Of a DNA stretch of 64,000 bases, positions 20,135 to 31,100 are shown one piece after another. The DNA comes from a virus. The stretch spans positions 13,054 through 77,053 of the IMG/VR virus record IMGVR_UViG_3300044620_000527; one strand, written 5' to 3'. Within the stretch, counting starts at the first letter, position 1; each line of letters opens with the position of its first letter. The notes beneath the pieces are model-generated. The model did not search any database. It was not told the origin of the DNA and worked only from the letters and a program-made list of their open reading frames with translations. The position numbers and the translations under genes are program-made.

Positions 20135-22087
20135 ATGACATTTAAGAACCCAGATTTTGCTTCGAATTCACCATATTATGACGACTTTGAGGAAACAAAG
20201 AACTTCCTAAAGGTTCTTTTTAAACCCGGTTATGCTGTTCAAGCTCGGGAACTTACTCAATTACAAACAATATTACAATCTCAAGTTGCTAAATTTGCAG
20301 ATCATATATTCCAAGATGGTAGTCAAGTTTTTGGTGGACAAATACAAATAGTAAGTACACCTTATGTGAGAGTTGAAAAAACAACTTACAACACTGGTGG
20401 AACTTCTACTGGAAATTCTTCCGATTCTTATATTGATGGTCTTACTACTAACTTATTAAAAGTATACAGCAAAAGCGGAACAACTTTTACTGAATTGGCA
20501 ACAATTAAAGTTTCTTATAGTGAACCTGCTGGCTATTCTGCGGCAGATGATTATAGTATCATATTCTATAATGTTATATCAGTTGCTCCATCTGTCGCAA
20601 GCGGAACATTTACTATGGACAGAGATTTGTACATCGGCACATCAACCTCCGGACCATTTTTAAATGTTATAAATCCAACACTAGAAACAACAAATCCAGA
20701 TCAATACACAGTTGAATATTCTGGAAATGCATTCTTAGTCACCGTAAATGATGGTATTTTTTACATAGATGGTTACTTTGTAACAACTACAAAACAAACA
20801 ATATCGTTATTTAAAAAGTCACTAGATGACGAATCTGAATTAACTGTAGATAGTGGATTATCTTATCCAACATTCGCACAGGCTGGAGTTCGTTTATTCA
20901 ATAAACCATCTCATAGAATTGGTTACTCAATAAACAGAGAAATAGTTACAGCAAACGATGATCCAACTTTAAATGATCCGGCTAGAGGTTTTTATAATTA
21001 TACCGCACCCGGAGCAGACAGATATAAAATATCATTGGAACTATCGAGTATAGAATATAAATCTGGTGTAGTTGATATTGATAATTATGTTACTGAAAAC
21101 TTTATACAAATTTTACGCACAACTAATGGTGTTGTAGATTACATTAAAGATCAATCTTCTTACGCACAAATTTTAGATTTGTTTGCAAAAAGAACACAAG
21201 ATGAATCTGGTTCATACACAGTAAAACCATTTATTGCAGAAGTAAAAAATTATTTAAGAAAAGACAGATACATTTTAACTGTACAGGCCAATACTGTTAG
21301 TGAAATTTTTCCAAGCAGTGTTCCTATTATTAAAGTTGGTGGTTATATTTGGTCAAATACCATACCAAATGCTGCAAACTACAATCCATATACATCTGCC
21401 TCACTGTTAAATGAATCGTTTTTAATAGGAAAAGTAGTAGATCTAATACCAGAATATAATGAAAACGCTCCAATCGCTAAAACATTAAAATTGATCGTAG
21501 AAATACAAAATGGTTACAGATTCCCAACAGGTGCAGGTGGTTATTATTATAAACAATCACCATCCATAGCAGTAAGAAATATAAATGTAACATCCGTGAC
21601 AGTAGAAATAGATCCAAAGGGAACTTACTCTTTATTGGATATTCCGGTTGGAAGTGAAAATAAAATGGCAGTGTCTTTACAGCCAGGAAAAGCATACGTT
21701 CATGGTTATGAATATGAAACATTTGCACCAAGAGTTGTAGAATATTTAAATAATGGAAATCAAAGTGATACCAAGCTACTAACTGGATTGAATGTTGATT
21801 TTGAAATTGGTAATTATGTAAAAGGATCGTTTACCAGCAGAGAAGCAAATACGATCACAAATTACGAAGAAATGCCTTTAATGGATTTGATTGACGTAGA
21901 TACGAACACGTTCTTGATCTATCCTTCAGGTACAGAAACAATAGAAAAAACAATATACGCATGGGCACCTTTTAAATACACAAGCGAAGACATACAGGGT
22001 GATATTATAGATATTTTAAAGTTGACTGACAGTGAGGATTTTAATACATCATATCCACACGAAAGCGTCATTTTTGTGTCAGAATAA
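20135..22087 (+). CDS. DUF4815/VrlC-like virion structural protein, N-terminal part
   Basis: SPYYDDF..KNF.KVLFKPG.AVQARELTQLQTILQ, DGIFYIDGYFV, NYTAPGADRYKI, RTQDESGSYTV and PGKAYVHGYE motifs. Confidence 0.85.
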   Translation: MTFKNPDFASNSPYYDDFEETKNFLKVLFKPGYAVQARELTQLQTILQSQVAKFADHIFQDGSQVFGGQIQIVSTPYVRVEKTTYNTGGTSTGNSSDSYIDGLTTNLLKVYSKSGTTFTELATIKVSYSEPAGYSAADDYSIIFYNVISVAPSVASGTFTMDRDLYIGTSTSGPFLNVINPTLETTNPDQYTVEYSGNAFLVTVNDGIFYIDGYFVTTTKQTISLFKKSLDDESELTVDSGLSYPTFAQAGVRLFNKPSHRIGYSINREIVTANDDPTLNDPARGFYNYTAPGADRYKISLELSSIEYKSGVVDIDNYVTENFIQILRTTNGVVDYIKDQSSYAQILDLFAKRTQDESGSYTVKPFIAEVKNYLRKDRYILTVQANTVSEIFPSSVPIIKVGGYIWSNTIPNAANYNPYTSASLLNESFLIGKVVDLIPEYNENAPIAKTLKLIVEIQNGYRFPTGAGGYYYKQSPSIAVRNINVTSVTVEIDPKGTYSLLDIPVGSENKMAVSLQPGKAYVHGYEYETFAPRVVEYLNNGNQSDTKLLTGLNVDFEIGNYVKGSFTSREANTITNYEEMPLMDLIDVDTNTFLIYPSGTETIEKTIYAWAPFKYTSEDIQGDIIDILKLTDSEDFNTSYPHESVIFVSE

Positions 22088-22107
22088 TTTACATATAAAG
22101 GGTAAAA

Positions 22108-25100
22108 ATGGCAGTAACAGCAACAACAAATAACGGTTATCAAAACGGATTAAGTAACGAATTGATGAGAGTGTCTGGGGATAGATCTCAGGCAACTTAT
22201 ACTGCAAAATGTTTTTCTGACAAAGTTCCCGATGTCATTAGAATAGATTTTAAAGACTCATTTCATGGTAATTTTAGAACCGCATATGATCCAACCAGAA
22301 CATCTCTCGATACATCTTTAGATGGACAAAGAGGTTTCCGCGAAGAGATTTCTTTACCGTTAAATACACAAGGAAATTATGATATCGCAAAACACTTTAG
22401 AGTAAAACAAATAAATGGCGATACTGGAGAAGTTGTAGCAGAAGGTATTGCGTTGCGTTGGGTTCCACCTTCCTCAAGTGGTGGGGGTGGAAGTTTATTC
22501 ATTAAAGTATTGTTCCACGCAAGTGAAGATCCAACAACATTTAATATTGCAAATGGTGTAATTTACTGCGACGAAATTGACGAATTTACATATAATTCAA
22601 AAACCTTTCCCGCTAACCCAATGTATTATGGTTCAAGTATAAGATCTGTACAGACGGTTTCAAACGTATATAAATTAACAACGGTAGAAGCATTAAATTC
22701 TGGCTCTAATAGTGAAACATGTGATAGTTCTACAATTACCACAGGTAAAGGTTTATATGAAAGTGGTCAAAGAGTACACTTAAAAAGACTCCCAACTCAT
22801 CCAATTTGTGATTCTACTTTTTTGGCTACTGGTGTAGTAATATCGTCCGCTGTCGATGCTGCCACACAAAAGGTATCAGTTTTCGTTGAATTCGATTCCC
22901 CATTAAATGATACCGCAGGACAAGAAGGAAATTGTTCAGATTGCTCAGATACAAATACTTTGATTTTATGCACAGGAAATTCTAATGGAGATTGTACATC
23001 CAGTTGCTGCATCTACCAAATAGATGCTGTAAGAAAAATTAGTACACCAGAATGTGGTACTGTGCAAAAGATAATATTTTCCGATGAAGTAGTAGCCAAT
23101 GGTGAATTCGTTCCCGGTAGAGAATTATATCAATGGAAATATGAACTTTGTGGAAACCATCCGGCAAATGGCGATTACCGCGTATATAAACAAGATAACT
23201 CAGTTTCTAAAATTTCTGGTGAGTATTTAAATTGGGATTCTGGTTCCAAAACACTTTATGTTCTTTGCCCAGGTTCAATTATGAAAATTGAATATGGCAA
23301 TGTATATCAAAAGTTGGCAACAGGTGTATTGTTATCAAGAGGCACCGGTATAGCATCTACCAGTAAATTTGATAGAAAAACAGGTTCTTTTATAAATCTA
23401 AGAAACACATCAGAAAATCCATCATATGTTCCCGGATTGGAATATACACAATCTTGGGAAACTGAAACTGGTGGAGAAAAATTAGTACAAACAATATCAA
23501 CTGGTGATACATCATATAATCCAAATTATGAATACGCTATTGGTGAAACTGTAATACAAGCACTTACTGAAAGTTCTGATGGTACAATAACAAATTATGC
23601 AGCTGGTACCGTTGTTGATTGGCAACCAAATAGCACAGCATTAAATAATGTCCCATCTATATTGACAGTAAAAAGAATTAAATTGGGAACAGATGATCCA
23701 TTAAATATTAATACTAATAATCCACTTATCTTGACAAATAAAACACTTTCAAGATTCCGTTATGGACCAGGAATTTCACCAAGTTCTACTGGTACTAAAC
23801 TCAAAAACAGTAAAAGAAATATTTTACCACTACGAGTATTTGAAGATGTTACTACCAGTGGTTCTACTGTTACTAACTGGTACAATTTTAGTTCAAATGC
23901 GGTTGTTCAAAATTCTTTACCTTCTGGTGCTACTGATAGTATCACAGAAAGTATAGGTACGATTGCACAAGGATCTTCAATAGGAACAACTAGAATAAAA
24001 GCAATACAATTAGATGCTGGAAATGTTTATAATGTTTCATTAATGAATACAAACATTGCTTACAATGAACCAATATCTTTTAGTGACGTTACACAAATTG
24101 GTAAATCTGTAGTAAATACAACTGCATTAGGTGTTTCATACAATTCTATAGTTTCTTTGGTTAATATAAATCAAGAAGTTATTGATGGTGAAAATATTAC
24201 AAAATTGTATTTCCCCACATCAGATAAACAAATAATTTCTCTACCGGGTTCCGATGTTATTGAGAATGTAATTACTGGATCTGCTAATTTTGGATCTACA
24301 GAAATTACTGTACAAAAATTGTATAACGTTAATTTTGCATCAAATAGCGTAGAAGTAAAAGTAAACGATCAATATAACTCTATTGAAAATGCAGAATTTC
24401 CAAGTTATTTTGCGTCAACATTCTCTTTTGCTGTAGATCAATCTGGTAATACCGTTAATCTTGTAAAGTACAACAATTTGGAATCTTCAAATGCGGAACC
24501 TGCCGATAATTCCACATTATACTATGATGTATTTTCTGAAGGAAGTGAAAATTCCAGCAGAGATACTATTTTGTTTAGAAAGAAAACAAATGGAACAATC
24601 ACAAGTATATTGTTTGGTGCTGAAGTAAAATGTGTTGTTTCTAGTGTACTAAAAACAAAAACACAAAAACAATTTGATCAAACTGCATACTTGCGTTATC
24701 AAACTTCTGGTAAATTTAAAGGAAAATGGACAGCTCAACTTGAAGAATATGATGTTTCTTCTTTGATTTCTGTTTTCTTTGTAAGTAGTCCACTCGGTGC
24801 CCAAATACAAAGTGAAAATAAAAAAGCACTGTTTGGTATTTCTAGAGAAGTTGATGACTATGCTTATGGCAAATCTATATTGGTTTTGTCTAGTGATGGT
24901 GTAGTTGAAAATCAAAATACCGATATTTCTCAGGGAGCAGTTACTCCAAATATTCCTAAATTCGGTACGCTTGTCCGTGAAGGTGTAACAGAAAACTATA
25001 GTGTACAAATAAGTGTAAGTGGATTCTCGTCTTCTATACCAACAAATACTGCCGGTATTATAATGAGAGAGTCTTACAAAGATTTCAATACAAATACACT

Positions 25101-27978
25101 TTCTGTTAAAAATATTCCATACTATAAATCAAAAGTAGATGGAAACGAATACCATTTATCTGCAATTTTAGATTGCCGTGGTTTGTTGAATGATTCTGGA
25201 ACATATGGACAAACTAAATTTGTAATACTCCCACAATCTTCAACTGTAAATACTTCTTTGGGTGTTTACATGCCAAGATATGATTTACTTTATATCAATA
25301 AAGAGGGAGCATTTAAGTTTGCATATGGTATTACATCACTTACCCCACAATACCCAGATCTTCCAGAGGATGGTATGGTATTGTACAAGATACAAAAACC
25401 AAGTTATATTTTTACAAATCAAGATTTAAGTTTTATCTATACAGACAATAAACGTTACACAATGAGAGACATTGGTCGTATTGATAAAAGAGTTCAACAA
25501 TTGGAAGTATATTCTTCTTTGAGTTTGCTAGAAAAAGATGCCGATTCGCTGCTTATTGAAGATACGAACGGAAATAATAGATTTAAAAATGGTATCATAG
25601 TAGATCCATTTGAAAATCATAAAATAGGTGAAGTGTCGCACCCAGATTATTACATTGCAATAGACGAAACAGAAACCTGCTTGCGTCCAAAAGCAAAAGT
25701 AGAAAATCTTAAGATAACACCAGTATCCGATTCTTCAACTTTCATTGAAATAAAAAATAGTAAAACAGGAGTTATTGGAAGCACAGCAAATCCTTCAATA
25801 TCTACTGGTTTGTTTATGATGCCCTACACAGAGACGGCATTTGTTGTTCAACCACAAGCAACAAGATCCATGACTCTAACGCCTTTTGAAACTTTAAATT
25901 TAGAAGGTACGGTTCGTCTCGCACCAAGAGAAGACGACTGGGTAGATACAACAACTCGACCAGATTTAAATGTAAATTTGGCTGGAGAAAACGATATTTG
26001 GGAAGGTATTTTGGATGAATTAAATTCATCTCCAGATGGTCCTTTCTCTTTGGAGTTTGGTAATTGGACTGAATTGAGTAGACAAAGTACTTCCAGAACA
26101 AGAAGAACGACAACTGCTCAAGGAAGAAGAAGAACAAGAACAACTACCACCACCACAAACACAAGAATAAGAGAACAAAGATCTATTATTGGTGAGCAAT
26201 TAAGAACAACCACAGAACAAGTTTCTTTGGGTGATAGAGTTGTTGATGTTTCTTTGATTCCGTATATGAGAGCAAAGAGACTAAAAATTGTTATCAATGG
26301 AATGAAAACTAATTCCAGAATTTATCCTTTCTTTGACGGTATTGATGTATCGCAATATTGTTATCTTTATTCCAGTATTGCTCAAATGGATACTGATTTT
26401 GCTAATTTGACTTTGAATGAAGCAAATAAATTTACAAATACAACATCAGGATTTAAGAAAACAGATTCAAGTGGTAATGCGTTTATAATTTTTGAAATGC
26501 CGGGTGGAGTCTTTAGAACCGGAGACAGAAAGTTTACAATTTCGGATAATCAAAATAACGATTTTAGCAGAGCATCTACATTTGCTACAGGAACCTATTC
26601 TGCTTCTGGTTTATCACAAATACGCGAAACCACTAGAGCAACTATTAGAAATTTTGATACTGAAACTATTAATAGAACAGAAGAAAGAATACTTTCACAA
26701 AGCACAGTTAATACAAACACAACCACTTGGAGAGTAGATCCTCTTGCTCAAACATTTACAATAAATCCAGAACTATATCCAAATGGTATATTCTTGAGCA
26801 GTATTGATGTTTTCTTTGCAAGAAAACCAGATAACTCTACAAATATACCAGCAAAAATTGAAGTAAGACCAACTGTAAATGGATTCCCTGATGCAAACAA
26901 GATATATCCGGGTGGTATCTGCATATTGCATCCATCACAAGTAAATGTTTCGGATGCACCATCTGCAAATAATTCTGCTACTGCAACAAGATTTACATTT
27001 GAACATCCACTCTATCTTGAGCCGGGAGAACACTCATTTGTAGTTCGTTCAACTTCAGATGAATATGAAATTTATATTGCAGAAATTGGACAAACTCTAT
27101 TGAATACAACTCAAAGAGTCACCGAACAACCTTATGTTGGTGTATTCTTTAGTTCATCTAATGCAAGCACATGGTTGCCACAACCAGCAGTTGATATGAT
27201 GATGACATTGAACAAGTGCGAATTCACAACAAATCAATTATACACATTTGTAGGTAAGACTAATTTTGCTGGTAAAGATTTAAATTACGAAATACTAAAC
27301 TTGAGTAATTCTTATCAGGAATTTGATGTAGCAAAAATATCTTGGCAAATTAGTGAAAATAATACGCTCGATGGTACTTATACAAATATAAATGCAAATC
27401 AAGATATTAAATATACTTCTACAAAAATTCTAAGAGATGGTAGTAGTTTATACTTTAAAGCAACTGGATTGACAACAAGTAAAGATGTATGTCCTGTAAT
27501 AAACACTGAAAGATTATCTGGATTTGTTATCAAAAATGTTATAGAAAACAATAATAATAGTACAAGTAACGGCGAATTGAATCCATATGCATCTGATATC
27601 GGTGAAATGCGTAGAGCAAGATATATTACAAAAATAGTCACACTGGAAGATGGATTCGAATCTACAGGATTTAAATTAGTGTTGTCTGTAAATAAACCAG
27701 TAGGAACAAGAATTCAAGCATTCTTGAAATATCAAACAACAGAACAAACAAAAGAGTTTCATGACAATAATTACATAGAACTTATACCAGATATGGGTAT
27801 AGATCAATTTAATGCTTTCTATACAAGAAATGAAACAGATTATGTGGATGTTTCGTTCCGTCTACCAGTAGACACATCTGTTCCTTATAACAAATTTGCT
27901 ATAAAACTTTGTTTGTATAGTGAAAATGCTGCTTACGTTCCAAAGATACAAGATCTAAGAGGTATTGCTGTATTATGA
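22108..27978 (+). CDS. DUF4815/VrlC-like virion structural protein, C-terminal part
   Basis: RYTMRDIGRIDKRV..LE.YSSLSLLE, NRFKNGIIVDPF, DPLAQTF, GIFLSSIDVFF and C-terminal P.IQDLRGIA motifs. Confidence 0.85.
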   Translation: MAVTATTNNGYQNGLSNELMRVSGDRSQATYTAKCFSDKVPDVIRIDFKDSFHGNFRTAYDPTRTSLDTSLDGQRGFREEISLPLNTQGNYDIAKHFRVKQINGDTGEVVAEGIALRWVPPSSSGGGGSLFIKVLFHASEDPTTFNIANGVIYCDEIDEFTYNSKTFPANPMYYGSSIRSVQTVSNVYKLTTVEALNSGSNSETCDSSTITTGKGLYESGQRVHLKRLPTHPICDSTFLATGVVISSAVDAATQKVSVFVEFDSPLNDTAGQEGNCSDCSDTNTLILCTGNSNGDCTSSCCIYQIDAVRKISTPECGTVQKIIFSDEVVANGEFVPGRELYQWKYELCGNHPANGDYRVYKQDNSVSKISGEYLNWDSGSKTLYVLCPGSIMKIEYGNVYQKLATGVLLSRGTGIASTSKFDRKTGSFINLRNTSENPSYVPGLEYTQSWETETGGEKLVQTISTGDTSYNPNYEYAIGETVIQALTESSDGTITNYAAGTVVDWQPNSTALNNVPSILTVKRIKLGTDDPLNINTNNPLILTNKTLSRFRYGPGISPSSTGTKLKNSKRNILPLRVFEDVTTSGSTVTNWYNFSSNAVVQNSLPSGATDSITESIGTIAQGSSIGTTRIKAIQLDAGNVYNVSLMNTNIAYNEPISFSDVTQIGKSVVNTTALGVSYNSIVSLVNINQEVIDGENITKLYFPTSDKQIISLPGSDVIENVITGSANFGSTEITVQKLYNVNFASNSVEVKVNDQYNSIENAEFPSYFASTFSFAVDQSGNTVNLVKYNNLESSNAEPADNSTLYYDVFSEGSENSSRDTILFRKKTNGTITSILFGAEVKCVVSSVLKTKTQKQFDQTAYLRYQTSGKFKGKWTAQLEEYDVSSLISVFFVSSPLGAQIQSENKKALFGISREVDDYAYGKSILVLSSDGVVENQNTDISQGAVTPNIPKFGTLVREGVTENYSVQISVSGFSSSIPTNTAGIIMRESYKDFNTNTLSVKNIPYYKSKVDGNEYHLSAILDCRGLLNDSGTYGQTKFVILPQSSTVNTSLGVYMPRYDLLYINKEGAFKFAYGITSLTPQYPDLPEDGMVLYKIQKPSYIFTNQDLSFIYTDNKRYTMRDIGRIDKRVQQLEVYSSLSLLEKDADSLLIEDTNGNNRFKNGIIVDPFENHKIGEVSHPDYYIAIDETETCLRPKAKVENLKITPVSDSSTFIEIKNSKTGVIGSTANPSISTGLFMMPYTETAFVVQPQATRSMTLTPFETLNLEGTVRLAPREDDWVDTTTRPDLNVNLAGENDIWEGILDELNSSPDGPFSLEFGNWTELSRQSTSRTRRTTTAQGRRRTRTTTTTTNTRIREQRSIIGEQLRTTTEQVSLGDRVVDVSLIPYMRAKRLKIVINGMKTNSRIYPFFDGIDVSQYCYLYSSIAQMDTDFANLTLNEANKFTNTTSGFKKTDSSGNAFIIFEMPGGVFRTGDRKFTISDNQNNDFSRASTFATGTYSASGLSQIRETTRATIRNFDTETINRTEERILSQSTVNTNTTTWRVDPLAQTFTINPELYPNGIFLSSIDVFFARKPDNSTNIPAKIEVRPTVNGFPDANKIYPGGICILHPSQVNVSDAPSANNSATATRFTFEHPLYLEPGEHSFVVRSTSDEYEIYIAEIGQTLLNTTQRVTEQPYVGVFFSSSNASTWLPQPAVDMMMTLNKCEFTTNQLYTFVGKTNFAGKDLNYEILNLSNSYQEFDVAKISWQISENNTLDGTYTNINANQDIKYTSTKILRDGSSLYFKATGLTTSKDVCPVINTERLSGFVIKNVIENNNNSTSNGELNPYASDIGEMRRARYITKIVTLEDGFESTGFKLVLSVNKPVGTRIQAFLKYQTTEQTKEFHDNNYIELIPDMGIDQFNAFYTRNETDYVDVSFRLPVDTSVPYNKFAIKLCLYSENAAYVPKIQDLRGIAVL

Positions 27979-28169
27979 TGCACAATTTACCAATAAATGG
28001 TAGAGATGATGTTAAAAGAGATCCAAGAACTGGTGCCGTTTTATCGTGTGATCGTGGCAAATTAATGGAAGCGAAGCGGTTGAAGAAGGAAAACGAAAGA
28101 TATATAAATTTAGAAAAACGAGTACAAGAATTAGAAAACATTGTACGAGAACTACTAAAAGGCAAATAA
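27975..28169 (+). CDS. Small conserved phage protein (RDP.TGA motif plus coiled coil)
   Basis: VKRDPRTGAVL motif followed by a heptad pattern. Genes like this typically follow VrlC-like genes in T4-like phages. Overlaps the upstream stop (ATGA). Confidence 0.65.
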   Translation: MMHNLPINGRDDVKRDPRTGAVLSCDRGKLMEAKRLKKENERYINLEKRVQELENIVRELLKGK

Positions 28170-28172
28170 TCA

Positions 28173-31100
28173 ATGAGCACATTTAGAGAACCTGTATTCG
28201 ATTTTGAAACTCTAACAAATAGTGATACCGTAATAACTTGGTTAACTAGAACAAACCAAATTATTACTGGTATGAATTCTCTTTATGTTGCCGATATATT
28301 TGAAGGCGATGGTATTTGTACTACCAGAGCAGATGGTATTGTTACAATTAATATTGATGCTGGTCCTGGTCTTGGATTTAATACTTCAAATGAATTAACA
28401 TTAAGTTTTGCAAATGTTACAGAACTTACTACAGCATCTTCTACAGTATCTCCAATATTATCTACAGATTATGTTTATATTGGAAGATCTAACGGTTTAT
28501 TTAAAGTTAAATCCGATAGCATTTTACCAACGGTAATTAAACACAACCACACATTTGAACAAATTACTACATTTTCTGCAATATATACAAAAGGTGCAAT
28601 AACAGCAGTAGATACTGGTGGTCTTGCTGCAAAGGGTGCTATAGGCTTTAATTATGCATCAAATAATACACCCAAAGGATGGAATATAAACAGTTTTGTT
28701 GTAGATGGGGGTGTAAATCTTCCCGCAGATGGTTTTATTAGAAATATATTTCCAGAATATATTACACAAAGTGATTATGTCCCCGGATGGGACCCCTATA
28801 CAACAAATTATGGAGAAGATGCATTTTTTACAAATGCTTCTTTTAATTTTGCTACAACAAACTATCCTCAACAAGGAGAAGATGAACTTTCAGTTGGGGG
28901 TTTGCAGCAAAATAAAATTGCAATGCGCTTCTATACTGGTATAGAAGGTAATAATGGAGATGGTTTAGGTTATATAAGCAATCCTAGTGTTTATGGAACG
29001 TCAACTTTGCGTTGGCCAATGCTTTGGACAATGGAATTTGCCGAAGGGTACTTTGCATTAACTGGTAGTGAAGGATATAGACCCGCAGATGGTGGTAGTG
29101 GATCTGTATATTCTTTTGACGCCTTTAAGTATGAATATCTTGATCAAAATGTTCTTAATAACTTGTTTACAATAACAGGCAAAATAAGAATAAACAATTT
29201 GGCAAATTCTGAACAATTCATTTCTAGTCCATCTGGGGCATCGAACAAAGTTCCATTAACTGGTTCTGATGGCTTAATAAACAAAAAGTTTACTAATAGA
29301 ATTGTAACTACAGATTATTTAACTTTATCTGTAGGTAACATAGTGTATGTTGGAACAATTACTGATGGAGATATTACTTATGCAAAAGCGCAAGCATCTC
29401 CTGCTGGAAATTATGATGTAATTGGTATAGTGGAATCTATTAGTGGTGGTTCTGCAACAATAGTGTTGAATGGTGAATTTGAACTCAATGGAGTTAGTTC
29501 CCTAGAACCAGGCATAAAATATTACTTATCTCAAACAACTGCTGGTCAATATGTTCAAGAAGGTACATATTCAACTGGTATAATAAAGCCAGTATTTGTT
29601 GCAATTTCTTCCAGCAAGGGTATTTTGCTTGGTGCAAACGAAAATGCAAACATATCAAGTGTATCTGTCACCGATCAAGCACTTAATGAAGAAACTCTAG
29701 AAGTAAATTCTCCAAACTTTGATCTTAAGTTTGTTGCTGGACCAAATATTGATTTGGATATTAATTCCAACAACGAAGTTGAAATACGAGTAGTAGATCT
29801 TGCTGGTTCTCAAGACACATTTAGAACTATTACTGTTAATGGTGTTGGTTCCGATGGTGATGGTTCTGTGGTTGCTGATGTTCCAAATGATACTTTGACA
29901 TTTACTAGTAGTACTTTGTCAATCACAGCAAACTCCACTACAGATACTATAAATTTTGAAGCACCAAATGCATTTACTACATTTAAATTCAGTGATGGAA
30001 CAGATTATTCTTATGTTGCTGAATCAACATCAGATACTTTACAATTAATTGCTGGAGATGGTGTCACCTTCACACAAAACACCGATGATTCTATAATCAT
30101 TTCGGCAACTGTTGAGGGTGGAGTTGCCCCAGAAAATATTACATATTCTGGAGCATATCAAGTATTGGTTTCCGATTCATCATCTGATGGAATGGCAGTA
30201 TCGCTTTTAGGTGGTGATGCAGATTCGTTCACAATAGGTTATGGTTTGGGAACAACAAATATTGCTTTGGATCATACTAAAGAAATAACACTTTCCGCAG
30301 GAACTGATGAATACACATATGATGGTGATCTTTATAATTTAAACTCTAGCGGTGACTGGCCAACAACAACTTGGTCAAAATATTTACCAGATCAACTTGC
30401 TGGTTATATGGTGGGAAGAATTACAACAAGTGCTTTAGGTGATAATAGCACATTCCCTGATAGTAAAATAAGAAGACTTTCAAGAAGAGATGTCAGACAC
30501 TTTTTGGGTATAGCCCAAGAAGGATTTATTGATAATATTGGAAGTGTTTTTAATCAATGGACAATAGACGGCGGGTCAACTTATGTTACTGCAAACGATA
30601 AATCTGGTGTTCTTAACATACAGGCGGGTGCTGGTATATCTCTTTCAAATCCCGGCGCACCAGATAGAATAGTAATCACAAATACAGGTGTTGCTCAAAA
30701 TGCATTTGGTAGCGTAATAGTTAAAAATTACAATGGTAGCACGATAGATTCATTTGATGCTGCTAGTTCTTCAGATAATTTTACTTTAAAATCTGGTAGA
30801 TTTGTTACAATTGACACAGATACCAATAGTGATACTGCAATTTTTGATATTTCTATACCAGACGATTACTCAATATTGGGTAACCCAGGCACAACAGATG
30901 GTATGGGTATAATTAGTCTTGCAAGTAATAGTTACTCTTTATTGGGTCGTTCTGGTGGTCCAATTGAAGCAATTACAGCAGATACTCTTAAGTGGACTGG
31001 AGTAACTTCTGGTACTTTAACTTCTCCCGAAATGGAACTACCATATTTTGGTGTAGTACAAGTTGGAACAGCAGGCACACCAACCATATTGAACTCATAT

